Shown piece by piece: positions 39,470-53,320 of a stretch of 64,000 nt of DNA. Position numbers and translations under genes: made by a program. The stretch's first letter is position 1; every line of letters begins with the position of its first letter. Origin of the DNA: Octopus sinensis (lineage: Eukaryota); contig NC_043004.1 in NCBI RefSeq assembly GCF_006345805.1, positions 19,778,001 through 19,842,000 on the forward strand. Direction: 5' to 3'. The notes under the pieces were generated by a model. The model saw only the letters and a program-made list of their open reading frames with translations, was not told the origin of the DNA and did no database searches.

Positions 39470-40414
39470 ATAGCATGGTATATAAAAAATGCCAGAGAAC
39501 CACTATTATTAGAAGTAAGAAGGTCAGGCTTTGCAGGATGGAATATTGCGAAGATAAAGAACTGTACAAAAACTTGAGAATGAATGAAACTGAAAATAGG
39601 TGGATAAAGAAAAGAATGCATGGGGAATTTCATAGGGATATTGAAGATAAAATAGATTCAGAAAGAAAATAGCTAAAAATGACTAAAAGTGATTTAAAAC
39701 CGGAAACAGAGGCTCTAATCTGTGCTGCCCAAGAAAAAGCATTAAGAGCCAATTACATCAAATATAGAATAGACAACACATCAGAAAATGATAAGTGCAG
39801 AATTTGTGGAAATGATGGTGAAACCGTATGGCATATTACCAGTCAATGTACGCCACTAGCCCAGAAAGAATAAAAACACGTCATGGCAAGATAGCAAGGA
39901 TTGTCCGTTGGACACCTTGCAACAAGTATGGACTTGAGCAAAGATGTGGTACGAACATAAACCCAAAGGAACCATCATGACTGATAATGCAAAGATCTTA
40001 TAGGACTTTATGATTCAGTGCGACCATGTGATAGAGAATAAGAAACCAGTCAGTGTTAATTGAGAAAGAAATCAAATGATGCTGGATCATAGATATTACA
40101 TGCCCAGCTGCCAACAAATTATGCGATAAGAAAGAAAAGTCGAAAGATATGACAGGTTAGCTTGGGAGGTTAAGCAGTTGCCGATGAAAAAGGTGGTAGT
40201 AGTACCAATACTTGTCTGAGCCCTGGGAAGAGCAAACAAAAATATTGAGAAGTACAGGGAACAAATAAGGGCTGCAATAGGAGTGGAACACTTACAGAAA
40301 ACCGCACTACTTGGAACCGCTCGAATACTTCGGATGGTGCTCGAAAAATAAGGGGTGTTATCTTTGTTCACTGGCACCGTAGTATATCTCCAGCATTAGA
40401 AGCTGTGCAAAGAC

Positions 40415-40415
<1 letters not shown>
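39470..40415 (+). mobile_element. 5'-truncated R4/Dong element flanked by (TAA)n on both sides
   Basis: KRMHGEFHR..SDLKPETEALICAAQEKALRANY..CRICGNDGETVWHITSQC..AQKE; RLE; (TAA)n at 39370-39465 and 40415-40480. Confidence 0.9.
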
Positions 40416-40510
<95 letters not shown>

Positions 40511-40779
40511 AAGAAGAAGAGAAGAATTTCGCTGTTATCGAATGAACAATATTTCGACACTTGGTGTGTGTTCCACAAGTTCAAAATAATCAACTCTATC
40601 TGCTTCATTTTGGTAACAGTCGCACTTTTCTTATTGTTTCTTTACCTTCGGTAGCACCATGTGGTTTGAGGATGCTGATGAAGTAAATGGGGAACATGAT
40701 ATGGCTGGACAAGTGACAGTAAATGTTGCTCAAGACTTGAACGATTAATTGAAGGAAATTCTGGAAATGCTACAACGTA

Positions 40780-43330
40780 AAATGTGTGGTGTGACCAATG
40801 AAATGCCACCAAATGTAAGTTATATGGATAGAGGGAATGTAAAGAGAATCAGAGGTGAAGTCAATGGCGTTTTGAGCTTGGTTAACGCAGAGAACATTAG
40901 CAAATCATAACTGCTGCTAATGTTGTAGCTGACATAATAGGATACAAGCGGACGACTTTTGAAGAAAAGAAGGGGAATGAAATGAAAGAACGAAATTGGA
41001 TGAAGCCAATACGAATGAAGTTGGAAAGGTTACGTTGGAAAGAATTGAAACAATTGAATATGATAACGAGAAGAGAGCTGAAGAATGATGTTGCAATCAG
41101 AAAATTGAATGGACAGTACAGATTACAAGAAAGGGGAAAACAAACTGCACACGAATAACAGTTACAAAGTGTGACAGCGTTAAAGGCTCAATTGAAAATG
41201 ATGCCGAATGCAAAGCTTTTGAATAAACTAGATTATTTTAATCAAATAGAAGGCAGCTTTTTGAGGAAATACTGTGGGGAAAAGCATTAGAACGAGATGG
41301 ATTCCTGATGAGGAAGAAAGTAAAGTAATTTGGGGAGAGATTTGGAACAGGCTAGTGAATATGAAGTAAGTGGAGAGTGGTTAACACAGGCGGAGGGAAA
41401 CTTGCAGTTGTATCAAGGCAAACGGACGTCAGAATTGATCTGTTTTCAGTGAGACTGAAGCTTTAAAAAATAGCAAATTGGAGAGGACCTGGCCCGGATA
41501 GAATACGAGATTACTGGCTGAATAATTTTACACAGTTGCACGAAAGGGTCGCTGCACACCTACTTGACTGCATGCAGCAGAGACACATCCCTACCTGGAT
41601 GACATGTAGACTAATCTTGTTATTTATCAAGGACGCCTTGAAAGGCAGATTGATATCGAAATGTTCGATCTATAACCTGTTTACTGCTTATAACCGGTGT
41701 CTTGGCAGAAATATAATATAATCATTTAGAAAGCTAAAATCTAGTTCCAGTAGAACACAAAATAGCAGTAAACAAAGTGGGGCAACAAAAGGTCACTAAT
41801 AAATTGATAAAATGATGCTTGTAGACGCATACCATGATTCCACACAGTTGAATAAGGAAAACAATGAGTATGTTTGGAGAGGCAGAAAATATGGAGAAAA
41901 CGTAAAAGGAAAGTATGAAAATTTGGAATATGGAATATGAAATAAGAGGAAAACAACGACTTAGGAAAGTGAACATGAGACGAGATATATTTCAAGGTGA
42001 TAGCTTGTCGCAATTACTTTTTGTATTGACCATTATACCACTCAGTTTGATATTATGAAAAGTTAAAATAGCTTATGATTTAGTAAAAGCATATAGTCAG
42101 GTAAATCATCTTTTTTATGTATGATATAAAGCTTCATGCGAAAATTGAGAAGCAGCTTGAAAGTCTTGCACATGCTGTTCGCTTGTTTTCAAATGACGTA
42201 AGTATGGAATTTGGGACTGAAGAATGCACCTTATTGATAACGAAACGGGAAAGATTTGATTGCAGCCAGGGAATTGAAATGCGAAATTGGAAAAGATTGA
42301 AGGCAGTTGAGAAAGGACAGTGGTATAAATATTTGGAAATAATGGAGGAGGTAGGTGAAATAAAACATGAAGAGATGAAGCAAATTACCAGTAGGGAATA
42401 AAATATTACAGCTAATGTTGAATTCAAAAAATATTATTGAAGCAATAAATGCAAGAGCAGTACCGGCAATCAGAAATGGAGCTGAGATTGTAGAATGGAC
42501 CAAAAGCGACTTACATAATCTTGGCAGAAAAACTAGAAAGCTGTTGACAATATATGGAGCTCACCATCCTAAAGCTGGTATTAACCAGTTGTACTTGAAA
42601 AAAGACCCGGGTGGATGAGGTTAAATTGCTGTGGAAGAGTATATTCACAGAATAGCAAAGACATTACTGCAGACAGTGAAAAAAGAATAGGTGATCAAGT
42701 GTGGAATAGGAAAAAAGGATAAAAATGAACTTCAAAGAGAGCATGTCAAATAGATTAAACCTTTCCATGGTCGGTTGTGGGAAGCTACCGAGGGATGTAT
42801 GTGGAACAAAAACATGAGCTTGTTTTAAAAAGGGGGAAATAAGAAAAGGAAACAGAGAGTCTTATTATAGCAGGTCAAGATCAAGTGTTAAGAACACAGA
42901 ACTTGAGAAAGTATGTGTATCGGGAGAATGTGTCAGCAAAATGTAGCGTATATAATTTGGGATGAAACAATGGCACACATTGTAGTATAGTATCTGAGGT
43001 TGGCTCAGGGTCAATATAAGAAATGGAGGCACGACAAAGTTTTGAAAGTTTTGCACTGGAATCTTTGCTCTAAATGAAGATTTGAAGCTGGGAGTACTAG
43101 TTATGAAGAGTGCTTGAGTCGGAGAAATGCAAGATTTTATGGGATTTTCCCATTCAAAGTGGTAAGAAGCTAGAAAATGATAAACGAGACACAACAGTAA
43201 TAAACTGACGAATGGAGGCCGTAAGAAAAAAAACATAAGGACTCATAATAGCTACTCAAATCCAGTGATTGAAGACGGAGGCAAAAATAGACAAATCCGC
43301 AGAAATGTGCAAAATGAAGTGTATGTAATG
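40780..43330 (+). mobile_element. heavily degraded R4/Dong-type element (RT, zinc knuckle, RLE remnants)
   Basis: NWRGPGPDRI..YWL, IFQGDSLSQLLF, VNHLFYMYDIKL, WYKYLEI and IIAGQDQVLRT in broken frames. Confidence 0.85.
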
Positions 43331-43625
43331 AGAAAGAGGAATTCGTTACGCACGTAATAAGTTTCTGCATTCCACTTGTACAGAAGGAATACAAACGCAG
43401 ACACGATTGGATGGCCAAAGCACTACACTGGGACATATTATGGCATAAAGAATTTAAAGAAAAAAGTGGCACGATCATCAACCACAAAGTTCAAGATTTT
43501 ATATGATCTTAATGTACAGACAGATCTCCATTTCATACCAGGCGAAAATATTTTATGGATCAGGACAAGGAGAAAAATACGTACATCATCATTAATATAT
43601 CTATATGAACGTAGCGATCAAAGTA

Positions 43626-44902
43626 TTGGGTTGGCAATTAAGTTCCCGCGGTTTTTTTAAATTTAAAGTTTTTAAAAGGTTTAATAAAAAATAACAACTA
43701 ATTAATCAATAATGTATTCACCCTTGTTTACAACTTTTTCCCAACGCTCAACAAGATTTTCAATACCTCGTTGGTAGAAATCACCGTATTTCGATTAGAA
43801 AAATTGATCCAACTAAATTCTCAATTCTGCATCAGTATTGAACGAAAGTACGCGCATAGCATTTGAAAGAGATCGAAAGAGGTGGAAATCCGTTGGTGCC
43901 AAATCAGGAGAGTACCGCGGGTGTGGCAGCACTTCCTGGCCATGCGTTTGAATGGCTTCCTTGGTCATATTGGCGATATAAGGGCGGGCGTTGTCATTCA
44001 GCAGAACTCCATGCTGACGATTAGGTCTTTTCTCTTGAATAGCCGTGCTGAGTCGTTCCATCTGTTGAACATAGAGTTCCGCGTTGACCGTTTGGTTCCG
44101 TTCAAGGAATTCGTAATGGATAATCCCTTCCCAGTCCCACCACACGCACAACATCGTTTTACGCGGATGAAGATCTTATCCCACGCGCGGTGTCGCTTGT
44201 TTACCAGGGTTAAGCCATTCCTTACGCTGCTTCATATTGATGTACAGGCACCATTCTTCTTCACCAGTGACGATTCGGTTAAGAAATTGTTGTTTGTGTC
44301 CATGAGTTGAGCGTTGATGAGCAAGCAAACCAGTGGAGATTGTGGCTCTTTGCCACTTAAAGCATGCGAAACCCCTGCTCCATACTTCTGAACCTTTCCC
44401 ATCAAGTGAAGATGCTTCTTTATAGCAGTGTGGGAGGCTTCCATTTTCTCTGCCTGTTTCCTTGTCATTTGACGAGAATTTTCGTGCAAAATGTTGGTTT
44501 AATCGCTCTTCATCGAACTCAATTGGACTGCCAGAACGAGGTGCATCTTTCAGGTCAAACTTTCCATTTTGAACTTGGTATACCAATCACGAGCGGTTCT
44601 TTCAGCTGTGGCACCCTCTCCATACAGAGCACAAATGTCGCGAGCAGCTTGTGCGGCCTTAGAACCTTGATTAAAAGCAAAAATGAGGTGTCGAAAATGC
44701 TCGTTTTTTCTTAAATTGACATTACATTTTAATGGACTGAAAATAAACAAAAATTAACTAAAATTTACTACAAAAGAAAAAAGAAAGATTCCAAAATGAT
44801 TCAAAAATAGAATTCTCGAAAAAAATAGATTCCAAAATTTAAAAACGCAATAAATTTCAAAATTATAAAAAAAATACGGCGGGAACTTAGTTGCCAACCC
44901 AA
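43626..44902 (-). mobile_element. full-length (1277 bp) mariner transposon, transposase pseudogenised
   Basis: TIRs TTGGGTTGGCAA(T/C)TAAGTTCCCGC, TA at 43624-25 and 44903-04. Peptides IVTGEEEW.LY, MLCVWWDWEGIIHYE, NDNARP, HPRYSPDLAPTDFHLFRSL (DD34D type). Confidence 0.97.
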
Positions 44903-44904
44903 TA

Positions 44905-46150
44905 GAAATGGCGAAATATCGTCATCTAATGTAAAATTAGCCAACAACAAGAGAATCAAGGATGGTGATGTGGATGGATATAAGTATTGGAGTAGTTTGA
45001 TGTATGAGAAAATTAAGGAGACATGAAGGAAAACTTAAGGTGAGAATACCTCAAGAGACCCAAATTAATTATGAAGAGTAGACTCACCGGGAAGAACAAG
45101 ATCAGGGCAATGAATACTTCGGATGTCTCGCAGGTGTTAGATGGAGAGAGTACAAGCTGAGAAATAATTACACCATGATACAAATAAATAAGAGTATTGA
45201 ACTGCCACGTTGTAGGATATGTGGCCGCGAAAACGGACGAGTTTCACTTATTGTGAGCCTGTGTAGCAAACTGCTTCAAAAAGAATACAAAAGGAGGCAT
45301 GATAACGTAGCTAAGTATGTCTATTGGAGACTATGTGAGAAGTGTGACCATGAAAGGACATTGAAGTGGTATGAGCATAAAGGCGGCGTGCTGGCAGAAA
45401 CGTTAGCACGCCGGATGAAATGCTTAGCGGTATTTCGTCTGTCGTTACGTTGTGAGTTCAAATTCTGCCGAGGTTGACTTTGTCTTTCATCCTTTCGGGG
45501 TCGATAAATTAAGTACCAGTTCCGCCCTGGGGTCGATAAATTAATTACCAGTTCTGCACTAGGGTCGATGTAATCGACTTAATACCTATGTCTGTCCTTG
45601 CTTGTCCCCTCTATGTTTAGCCCCTTGTGGGTAATAAAGAAATAGGTATGAGCATAAACCAGAAGGGGTGACTGAGAATAACGAGTATAAGATATTGTGG
45701 GATTGTACAACCCAGTGTGATTCAGGGACTGGTACTCAGAGACCAGGCAATGATGTAGTTGACAAGATGAAGGAAACCAAGGTCATACATTGCCATTCTG
45801 GTGATGTACGAGTGAATGACAAAGAATTAGAAATGACTGAAAAGTATAAGCCACTAAAACATGAGATTGCACGAATGTGGGTTATAAAGAAAGTAACTGT
45901 CATTCCAGTAGTTGTGGGGGCACTGGGATCATTAACAATCGGGTTTTCAGAAATAAATTTATTTGAGAAATTGGGATTGGCACGAGAACAGAGCATACTC
46001 AGAAAGCTGCGCTATTGGGGACAACGAGTTTGGTACTAGAATGTTAAGTATAGGGGAAACAGAACCTGTGAGATCCTTGACAACAAGGTGTCCGCGCTCT
46101 TACTGAATTAGTTGGAGTAAGAGAAATTAAGAGCTGTGAGAAATGAAATG
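44905..46150 (+). mobile_element. R4/Dong fragments (RT, knuckle, RLE, 3' UTR) interrupted by a SINE
   Basis: DGYKYW; CRICGRENG..LIVSLCSKLLQKEYKRRHDNVAK; KWYEHK|PEGVTENNEYKILWD; VIPVVVGALG. Confidence 0.88.
45382..45644 (+). mobile_element. young family-1 SINE with 14-bp target-site duplication
   Basis: GGTATGAGCATAAA at 45368-45381 and 45645-45658; removing the insert restores the WYEHK-PEGV reading. Confidence 0.95.
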
Positions 46151-46627
46151 GAAATGATAATAAGAACAACATACCAGTGACATAACGATTTTAATGTAGC
46201 AAAATGAAACTATATGACATGATGTAGACTTCCATCATTAAGTATATAAAAATTGTATTAAAATGAAAAATAAAAAAGATTTATAGAGAGAATTTTCAAT
46301 GTTTTCAAAAACATTTATTTCATATTTATATATTATTTACTCATTTATTTTATTTTCGGTTTTGGATACCATTTATTCCCAGTGTATTTAAAATATATAA
46401 TATATCCATTTTCATTTGTTTCAATATAAACGTATACATATACGGATATACACATACACATATAACCTAAAGAAACATATACAAAATAAACACAATGATA
46501 TTTATATAAAAACTCATATTCATAAGCATAAAAAACAAGCGAGCGCGCACGCACACACGCACATACACACGCACATACACACGCACACACAAACACAAAT
46601 ACGCACTCACACACACACACACACACA

Positions 46628-46701
<74 letters not shown>

Positions 46702-47859
46702 TGTACAGCAAATATTGAACCACACAAAGTAAGCACAAAACAAATTGCCGTCATATTGAAAATAGTAACCATTATCCCTATATACATCGCCACTATAAAT
46801 AACACCAACTACATTATCGGCACAAGAATCAGCTCCTCCTCCAGCGACAATATTTTCAATACTGCCACAGCCGCACCATTCGTATCAAATGCAACTCTAC
46901 TGCTAGATAGAGTTGCCAAATCTTCACACGTATTATCTAATTGGAAAGAAGAATATATCATTATGTAGTGTTCGATACATTATGTTTGAAGAAAAGATGG
47001 ATGGATACAGCTAGAATATATTTTTTCATAGTTTTACTGAGCTGTGAATAAGTAACATTATACGACACATTACTATTTGATACCTCTTTCTATATCAACC
47101 ACATTTAGAGTTCACGAAGGTACTTCTACGTGGCAGTGCAATCTACTAAAATAGCAACCAATTTCTATTTCTCTCCAATAATATCCTTGTGACTTATATA
47201 AGAGTATTACAATCCGATACCTTAGGTGAGCTTTAAATTCCGCTCAATTTAAAATAAATTTCGCGTTGGGATTGCAGTGATTCTGGTAGCTATTTCCTGA
47301 AGGATTGCTGATTGCTTAAGCTCTACTTTGGAGAGTACGTTGTGTGGGCTATAGCATAAGCGAACAATATTTTCTGGATTTCCCAGCATGACAGGTTCAG
47401 CTACGGTCTACAGATTCACTATTCACTTACATAAAAATCTCTAGAAGGAAACATATTTATTTGCTATGTCTTCCTATTAATAATTCAGAGCGATGTAGTG
47501 ATACATTGACTATATCAGTGTTCATGTAGCAGCCATGCTCAGCTGGACTATATCCTAATTATAAGGAAATGGATCAACAGCATAAAAATAAAACTCTTTC
47601 GAAAGCATTAAATTTTACCATAGGGATATTTCAAGCAAATCCTAGATAAACTACTGCAAGCTAGTGATCCTATGAAACGAATCTACTGGGGGAAAAAGCA
47701 GCTAGTAACACTAATCTATGCGAAGAATTTACAGTCTTAGCATGCACCATGTTCGTCTTTCTGCGAGAGGCTTGAGAACAACAATTGCAGTGCATTTAAC
47801 AAGCATTGCATATGTTCCTAAAGAAAGGAATGAATTTAACAAGCGTTCTAATGTTCCTT

Positions 47860-48540
47860 AAGAAGACAACGAAGACATTGACCTTTGCTTCCAATAAGAA
47901 AGTGACCAGGACGGACCGAAAAGGATTTGAAGAAAGTAGCCTAGAGGCGTAGAACTAGGTTCACTAAGAATTTTGTAACAAACATTAATACAGCTAACAT
48001 GGAAGTGATGGAAGCACATATAAATTCCAGATCTTGAGTATTCGACAACCTCCACCATGAGAAAAAGTATTCTACCACCTAAGCTGCTGTGAGGGGAAGA
48101 GATCTTCTTTACTAATTGCACTGAATACGAAGATACTGACATGAGTTTCAACTCTTTACATTATTACGTGGTTACACAGTTCCACAATACCAAATTTGAT
48201 GACAATCCGTTCATCAACCCCGAAATAGTGTAGTAGATGGTTTTTCAATACAAACATCTCATAATATGAGCACAGGACCAAAAACGAGATGTATGGCCAC
48301 ATTCCCATGCCAATCTCATTATTCTTCATCGTCGAGTAGTTCTTGCTGGTTATTTGTATTATGCTGAAAAAGAACTATATTGGATGTTATATTTTAGAAG
48401 TTTCTCCATATTAATGGAGGAACAAGACTAGGCAACTAGGTTGATGTTGTTGTTAGAGACCTACAAGACGAAAATGAAGATCTACTAAAAATAATTGGGT
48501 AGGAGGTTTCTGACGCAGCAGAGAGAGACGCATCTCGGCT
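47860..48540 (+). mobile_element. degenerate RT C-terminal region of an RTE/RTEX-like LINE
   Basis: Broken frames give NIS*YEHRTKNEMYGHIP and ILHRRVVLAGY, resembling LNISW..H.TNEELYG.LP..IR.RRLRLAGH. Confidence 0.5.
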
Positions 48541-48914
48541 ACGAAATGAAGAAGATATTAAGTATTATTCTACGTGCATATGATGCAAAATGGTAAACAT
48601 GTAAATAAACTTGCTTTGCAACCATAAACTGTCGGCTTCGATACAATTTATTCGACATTTTAGAAGCCATTTTCTTTTTTTATATCAAGTCAACTCAAAC
48701 ATCGTTCGTGAAATTGGCAAAATGTAAATGCATGAAAGGCCGTCGAATAAATTTTGATAGTACTTCAAGTCTGACCATGACATGCTTTGTCATACTTGTT
48801 CTGCTTGAGGATTGCATTAAAGTTACACAATGGAACGTTCACTCTCTTACACAACAATCCATTCCTAGATCAAGTGCTGTCATTGAAACCGACGATTAAC
48901 TATCTGCTATATAT

Positions 48915-48969
<55 letters not shown>

Positions 48970-49086
48970 CAAAAACAATTAAGATTCAAATGAATTCCAA
49001 TGAATTCAAATGAATATGGTACTTAACTTAGGTGCACCAGAATTCATTTATGGTATTAACCATAAAATAATGTGGGGTGATTATAA

Positions 49087-49165
49087 CCAAGAAAAAAGCA
49101 ACGAGAATGGATTAGTAGTTTGGTACTACTAAACTACTAATCCATTCTCGTTGCTTTTTTCTTGG
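49087..49165. repeat. 79-bp near-perfect palindrome (35-bp perfect arms)
   Basis: CCAAGAAAAAAGCAACGAGAATGGATTAGTAGTTT-GGTACTACT-AAACTACTAATCCATTCTCGTTGCTTTTTTCTTGG. Confidence 0.97.
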
Positions 49166-49254
49166 GTATATATATATATATGTGTGTGTGTATGTTTGTG
49201 TATGTGTGTGTATGTGCGTGTGTGTATGTAAGAGTGTGTGTGTGAGTATGGGGA

Positions 49255-49700
49255 GGTACCCAAAATTAACCGGAAACGTTCTCAGTAGGGCAAGACCGCT
49301 GCAGTTCAGACTTCTGCCAATAGAAGCCACTTGATATAATCCTAAGGCATCAATTTGCCAATCGGCGTCGTGGAATAGAGTCATACTGCCACGTGGTTTG
49401 CTTTGTTTTTGCAGTGATTCTCCCTTGTTCGTTAATTTTTGCGGTGACTGAAATGAAGGAAAAGCGTGCTTCCATGAAATTGTTTTCTGCTGGGCGAAAG
49501 GACTGCCGAAACAGTTGTGCTTCAAACAGTATACAAAGACCCTGCCAAAAGCTTTAAGAATGGTCACTTCTCACCCGAACGAAAGAAAACATCACGAAAA
49601 TTCATGAACTGATCTTGTAGGACAGTCGCCGAAGATTGACTAACTTCATATGACTGGTGTGTCCTCGAGCTTCTACCAATGGCATCACTTTGTACGAGGT
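49255..49700 (+). mobile_element. 5' fragment of a mariner transposon
   Basis: MKEKRASMK..FLLG..TAETV..QTVYKD..FKNG..ENITKIHELIL*DSRR: HTH region in broken frames. Confidence 0.7.
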
Positions 49701-50029
49701 CCAACCTTGCTTCAAACTGAGTATACTATGAAGGCGATAAAAATGTAAATATGTAAAATTAAGTGAACAAAATAATATTACTAAATAGCGCTTCATATAT
49801 GTATGTATATTATATATATATATATATATATATACTTAAAACGTCAGTATCGTCGTGGCTAGAATAACGTTGATCATAAATCTGATCGACCAGAATTGAT
49901 TTAGAGCTGAAGATCAACGAAACTGAAAGCGCCAATATGTCTGTGCTTCTGTCATCACCAACACCATTAGCACCGTAATCTTTACTACCGCTGCGGCTAC
50001 AACAAACCAATACAACCGATTCCACCGGC

Positions 50030-50171
50030 CTCCTCCTCGTCATCATCCTCGTTATCGTTTTCATCCACATCATCATCATCATCATCATCGTCATCATCAT
50101 TATCATCATCATCATCAACATTATCATCGTCATCGTCATCATCGTCATCGTCATCATCGTCATCGTCATCG

Positions 50172-50240
<69 letters not shown>

Positions 50241-50262
50241 CAACCACAACCACCACCACCAT
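50030..50262. repeat. (CAT)n/(CGT) microsatellite
   Basis: Directly visible; explains the poly-Met ORF 49810..50271. Confidence 0.95.
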
Positions 50263-51623
50263 TTCTCTCATTACCAGATCAAAACTACCTACGTCCTACT
50301 CTATCAGTAACAGTGGCATAGCACAACATTACATGAAACCGATTTACTTTTTCATTAGGTGCTTTCGCTCTTTTTAAACGTAGAGTATCCCAGTCTGCCT
50401 AGTGTAAGGTTTTGCTTGAATTTTTGTTAGCACGTGATATGCATGCAATGCATAGTCGTGTTATTTTCTGTAGGTTTCCTAAATTTGTATTTTCTACTTT
50501 ACTGAAGCTAGTTTATATATTATGAGTGAAGTGATTTGTTGTATATTGCCTAAAATTTGCATGACAGTGTTCTAAAGATACCTTTGAAAGAGATTGTTTT
50601 TCCTTTTCAACCCCAACATAAGATAGATGTGACCATTCAACCTCAACATGAGATAAGATAGATGTGACCACTCTGGTCACATCTATCTTATGTTCTCTAT
50701 CTTTGGATATTCTTTCCATTTATTTTATAGATATATCATCTTATGTTGAGACTGGTACTGCGAGAGGGTTTTCATCTTTTTTTAGTGATTATTGACAACA
50801 ATATGCTGCAGATTTGCCTCGATCACTCTGCCTGTATATCCCACTACATAGTCAATATATTATTTTCTCCAACTTCCTCTGGGGAATGCTTATAATATTT
50901 CTTTACTGTTATTTACCGTTAATGCATCAATCTTATCATTGATATTTCTTCTTTCATCATTTCATTCGAAGACCTATTTTTTTCATTTACGTCGATTATT
51001 TTGAACGTGTTACGTTTATCTCGTCAGTTACATTTAATAGTTTCCTATTTTCTGTCTATTATTTTTGTTTTAGTTATGTGTTCTTATTTTTGTGGTTTCC
51101 ATTTAGGTATTTGATATTTATTTTGGGTTTAAGTTAGCTTGTCTGATTTGAGTACTGTTATGTTTAAATACAGGGTATTTCTCATCAAATTTTATAGGAA
51201 AGTTGTCATAGCTTTGTCTTCTTGATAGAGTGTAACTGTAAAGTATACCTTCAGAATGGAAACATATTGCTCCCGTACGCTACTTTTGCTTTGTTTGTGG
51301 TACTTGTGAAGTAAAGTGCGGAATATTGTTTAAATTATGATCGTTTTCACTGGTTTCTTTGTTAGTGGCACCAGGTAATGCAAACTGTGTGTTTCGTATT
51401 TCTATGCGTCAAATTCAAAGCATGCACTATCCTTTTAGCCCTAAACTGAATAATAAATGTATCAATTGTATTGATGTCCACATTGTGTGTGCGTTTGTGC
51501 ATACGTATTTATTGGGTGGAGAGTGAATTAACGTGGTGTTGATTTGTCGTGTGTTTCGTTAGACAATAATATCCGGGGACTGCACAACACGAATACTTGT
51601 AATATAATAAGTATATGAAGTAA

Positions 51624-51825
51624 GGCGGCGAGCTAGTAGAATCATTAGCACGCCGGGCGAACTGCTGACCGGTATTTCGTCTTTTTTTTTCATGTTCTGA
51701 GTTCAATTTCCGCCGAGGTCGACTTTGCCCGTCATCCATCCGGGGTCGATAAATTAAGTACAAGTTGCGTAATGGGGTCGATCTAATCGACTGGCCCCCT
51801 CCCCAAAGTTTTCGGGACTTGTTCG
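51624..51825 (+). mobile_element. family-1 SINE
   Basis: GGCGGCGAGCTAGTAGAATCATTAGCACGCCGGGCGAA...GAGGTCGACTTTGCC. Confidence 0.9.
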
Positions 51826-52249
51826 TTTTATACATTTTATAAATATCGGACAATTATTGTCTAACAGTTTTGATAGATTAACAACTTAAATCATTAAATA
51901 TTATTCGGGGTTAATTGCACATCTTGTGAACTCAGTAGGAATACATATGGTAACAGGGGGAAGGAAAAGGATGCTAAACAGAAAACGTTATCTCTGGTAT
52001 CATTCTGACACACATCCCAATATTTTCTACATTTGTTTACTTGTTTTAGTCATGTTTGTTTTTCTGTAAAGCCTAGTCTCTTTTAACGAACAGTTAAGTT
52101 ACGGAGCTGTAAGCACACTAGCACTTGTCATCAAGCGACATACACAGAGGCAAAGACACACGCACACGCACGCGCACATGCATACACACACACACAAACA
52201 CGCGCGTGCGCACACACAATCATGTTACATGCACACACACAGACATATA

Positions 52250-53320
52250 CAGAGTCTTGCAGATAAATTGATACCAACTTTAAAGAACTGATTTAGTGGG
52301 TTTAACATTTTTTCATAAAACCTTGCATCCTTGAAAATCTAATCCTCTTCTTTATTTATCAGGTAAATAGCGAACTGATTCGACAGCAGAAAGTCATAGA
52401 AAAAGAGAATCGCTCCGCCATTGTTGTATTGGCACGCGCCGGGCACCCTGCCAATAAAATTGTTAATTTAACGAAACTTCCAAATGCAACAGTCTATGGT
52501 GTGTATAAACAATTTAAAAAAGAAGGAAAGATTGATAAAAAAGATCACAAGATACGAAGTGAATTCTAAGCGCAATCCAAAGTTTCTCGCTGGCCTCAAA
52601 ATGCTCGATTGAAGCCAACCCATTCATATTTATGATAACTCTTACAAAGAAACGCAGTGAGTTCCTTTCCACGGCACCCAGATCTGTAAATACGAATCTT
52701 GGCTTGACTACTTATGTTCGACAAGGCCGCCACCTCCTAACAGCCAAAGCCAAAGCAATCAGAGCCGACAGAACGCTGAGGTGAATCGCAGAAATTCTCG
52801 AGTTGTTACATACAACGCTTCTAACGTCTCGACTGTGCTTGAGACTAAGGAATCCTGCCTCAGACATGGTATCTGGAGCCGCGGCGAGTAATGGAAGTGT
52901 CATGGATCCACACTTCATTGAATCTGGCTTGCAGATCGGCATAAAGGGGTATCTGGACACCCTGAAAAACTCTCTACTACATTGGATGGAGCAGAGGTTG
53001 GGCTTGAAAATGTGGTGCTTATCCAGGATTTTCCACCATGCCATGGGTCAAAAGCAACACAGACCTTCCTTACTGAAAAGGTAACATTCTTTGTAAGGGC
53101 TCACATGTGACCCAGTATTAGTTCAAATCGCAACCTTTTCGATTACATTTTATGAGGCATACCTCAAGCAAGTACCAATGCTTCACCACACTCGCGTATC
53201 AGCAGTTTGGAAACCTGCATTGTGTGTACGACACGCAAAATCAAAAATGGGTAGGTGGCAGCAGCTGAAAAGAAATCGTTCCCGTGTGGAGGCTGTAATT
53301 GCCCAGAAAGGCGGGTATAT
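52250..53320 (+). mobile_element. degraded Tc1/mariner element, DD37D (maT)-like
   Basis: SAIVVLARAGH..TVYGVYKQFKKEG; RHLLTAKAKAIR; AASNGSVMDPHFIE; LIQDFPPCHGSKATQTFL; SRVEAVIAQKGGYI. Family assignment is inference. Confidence 0.75.
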
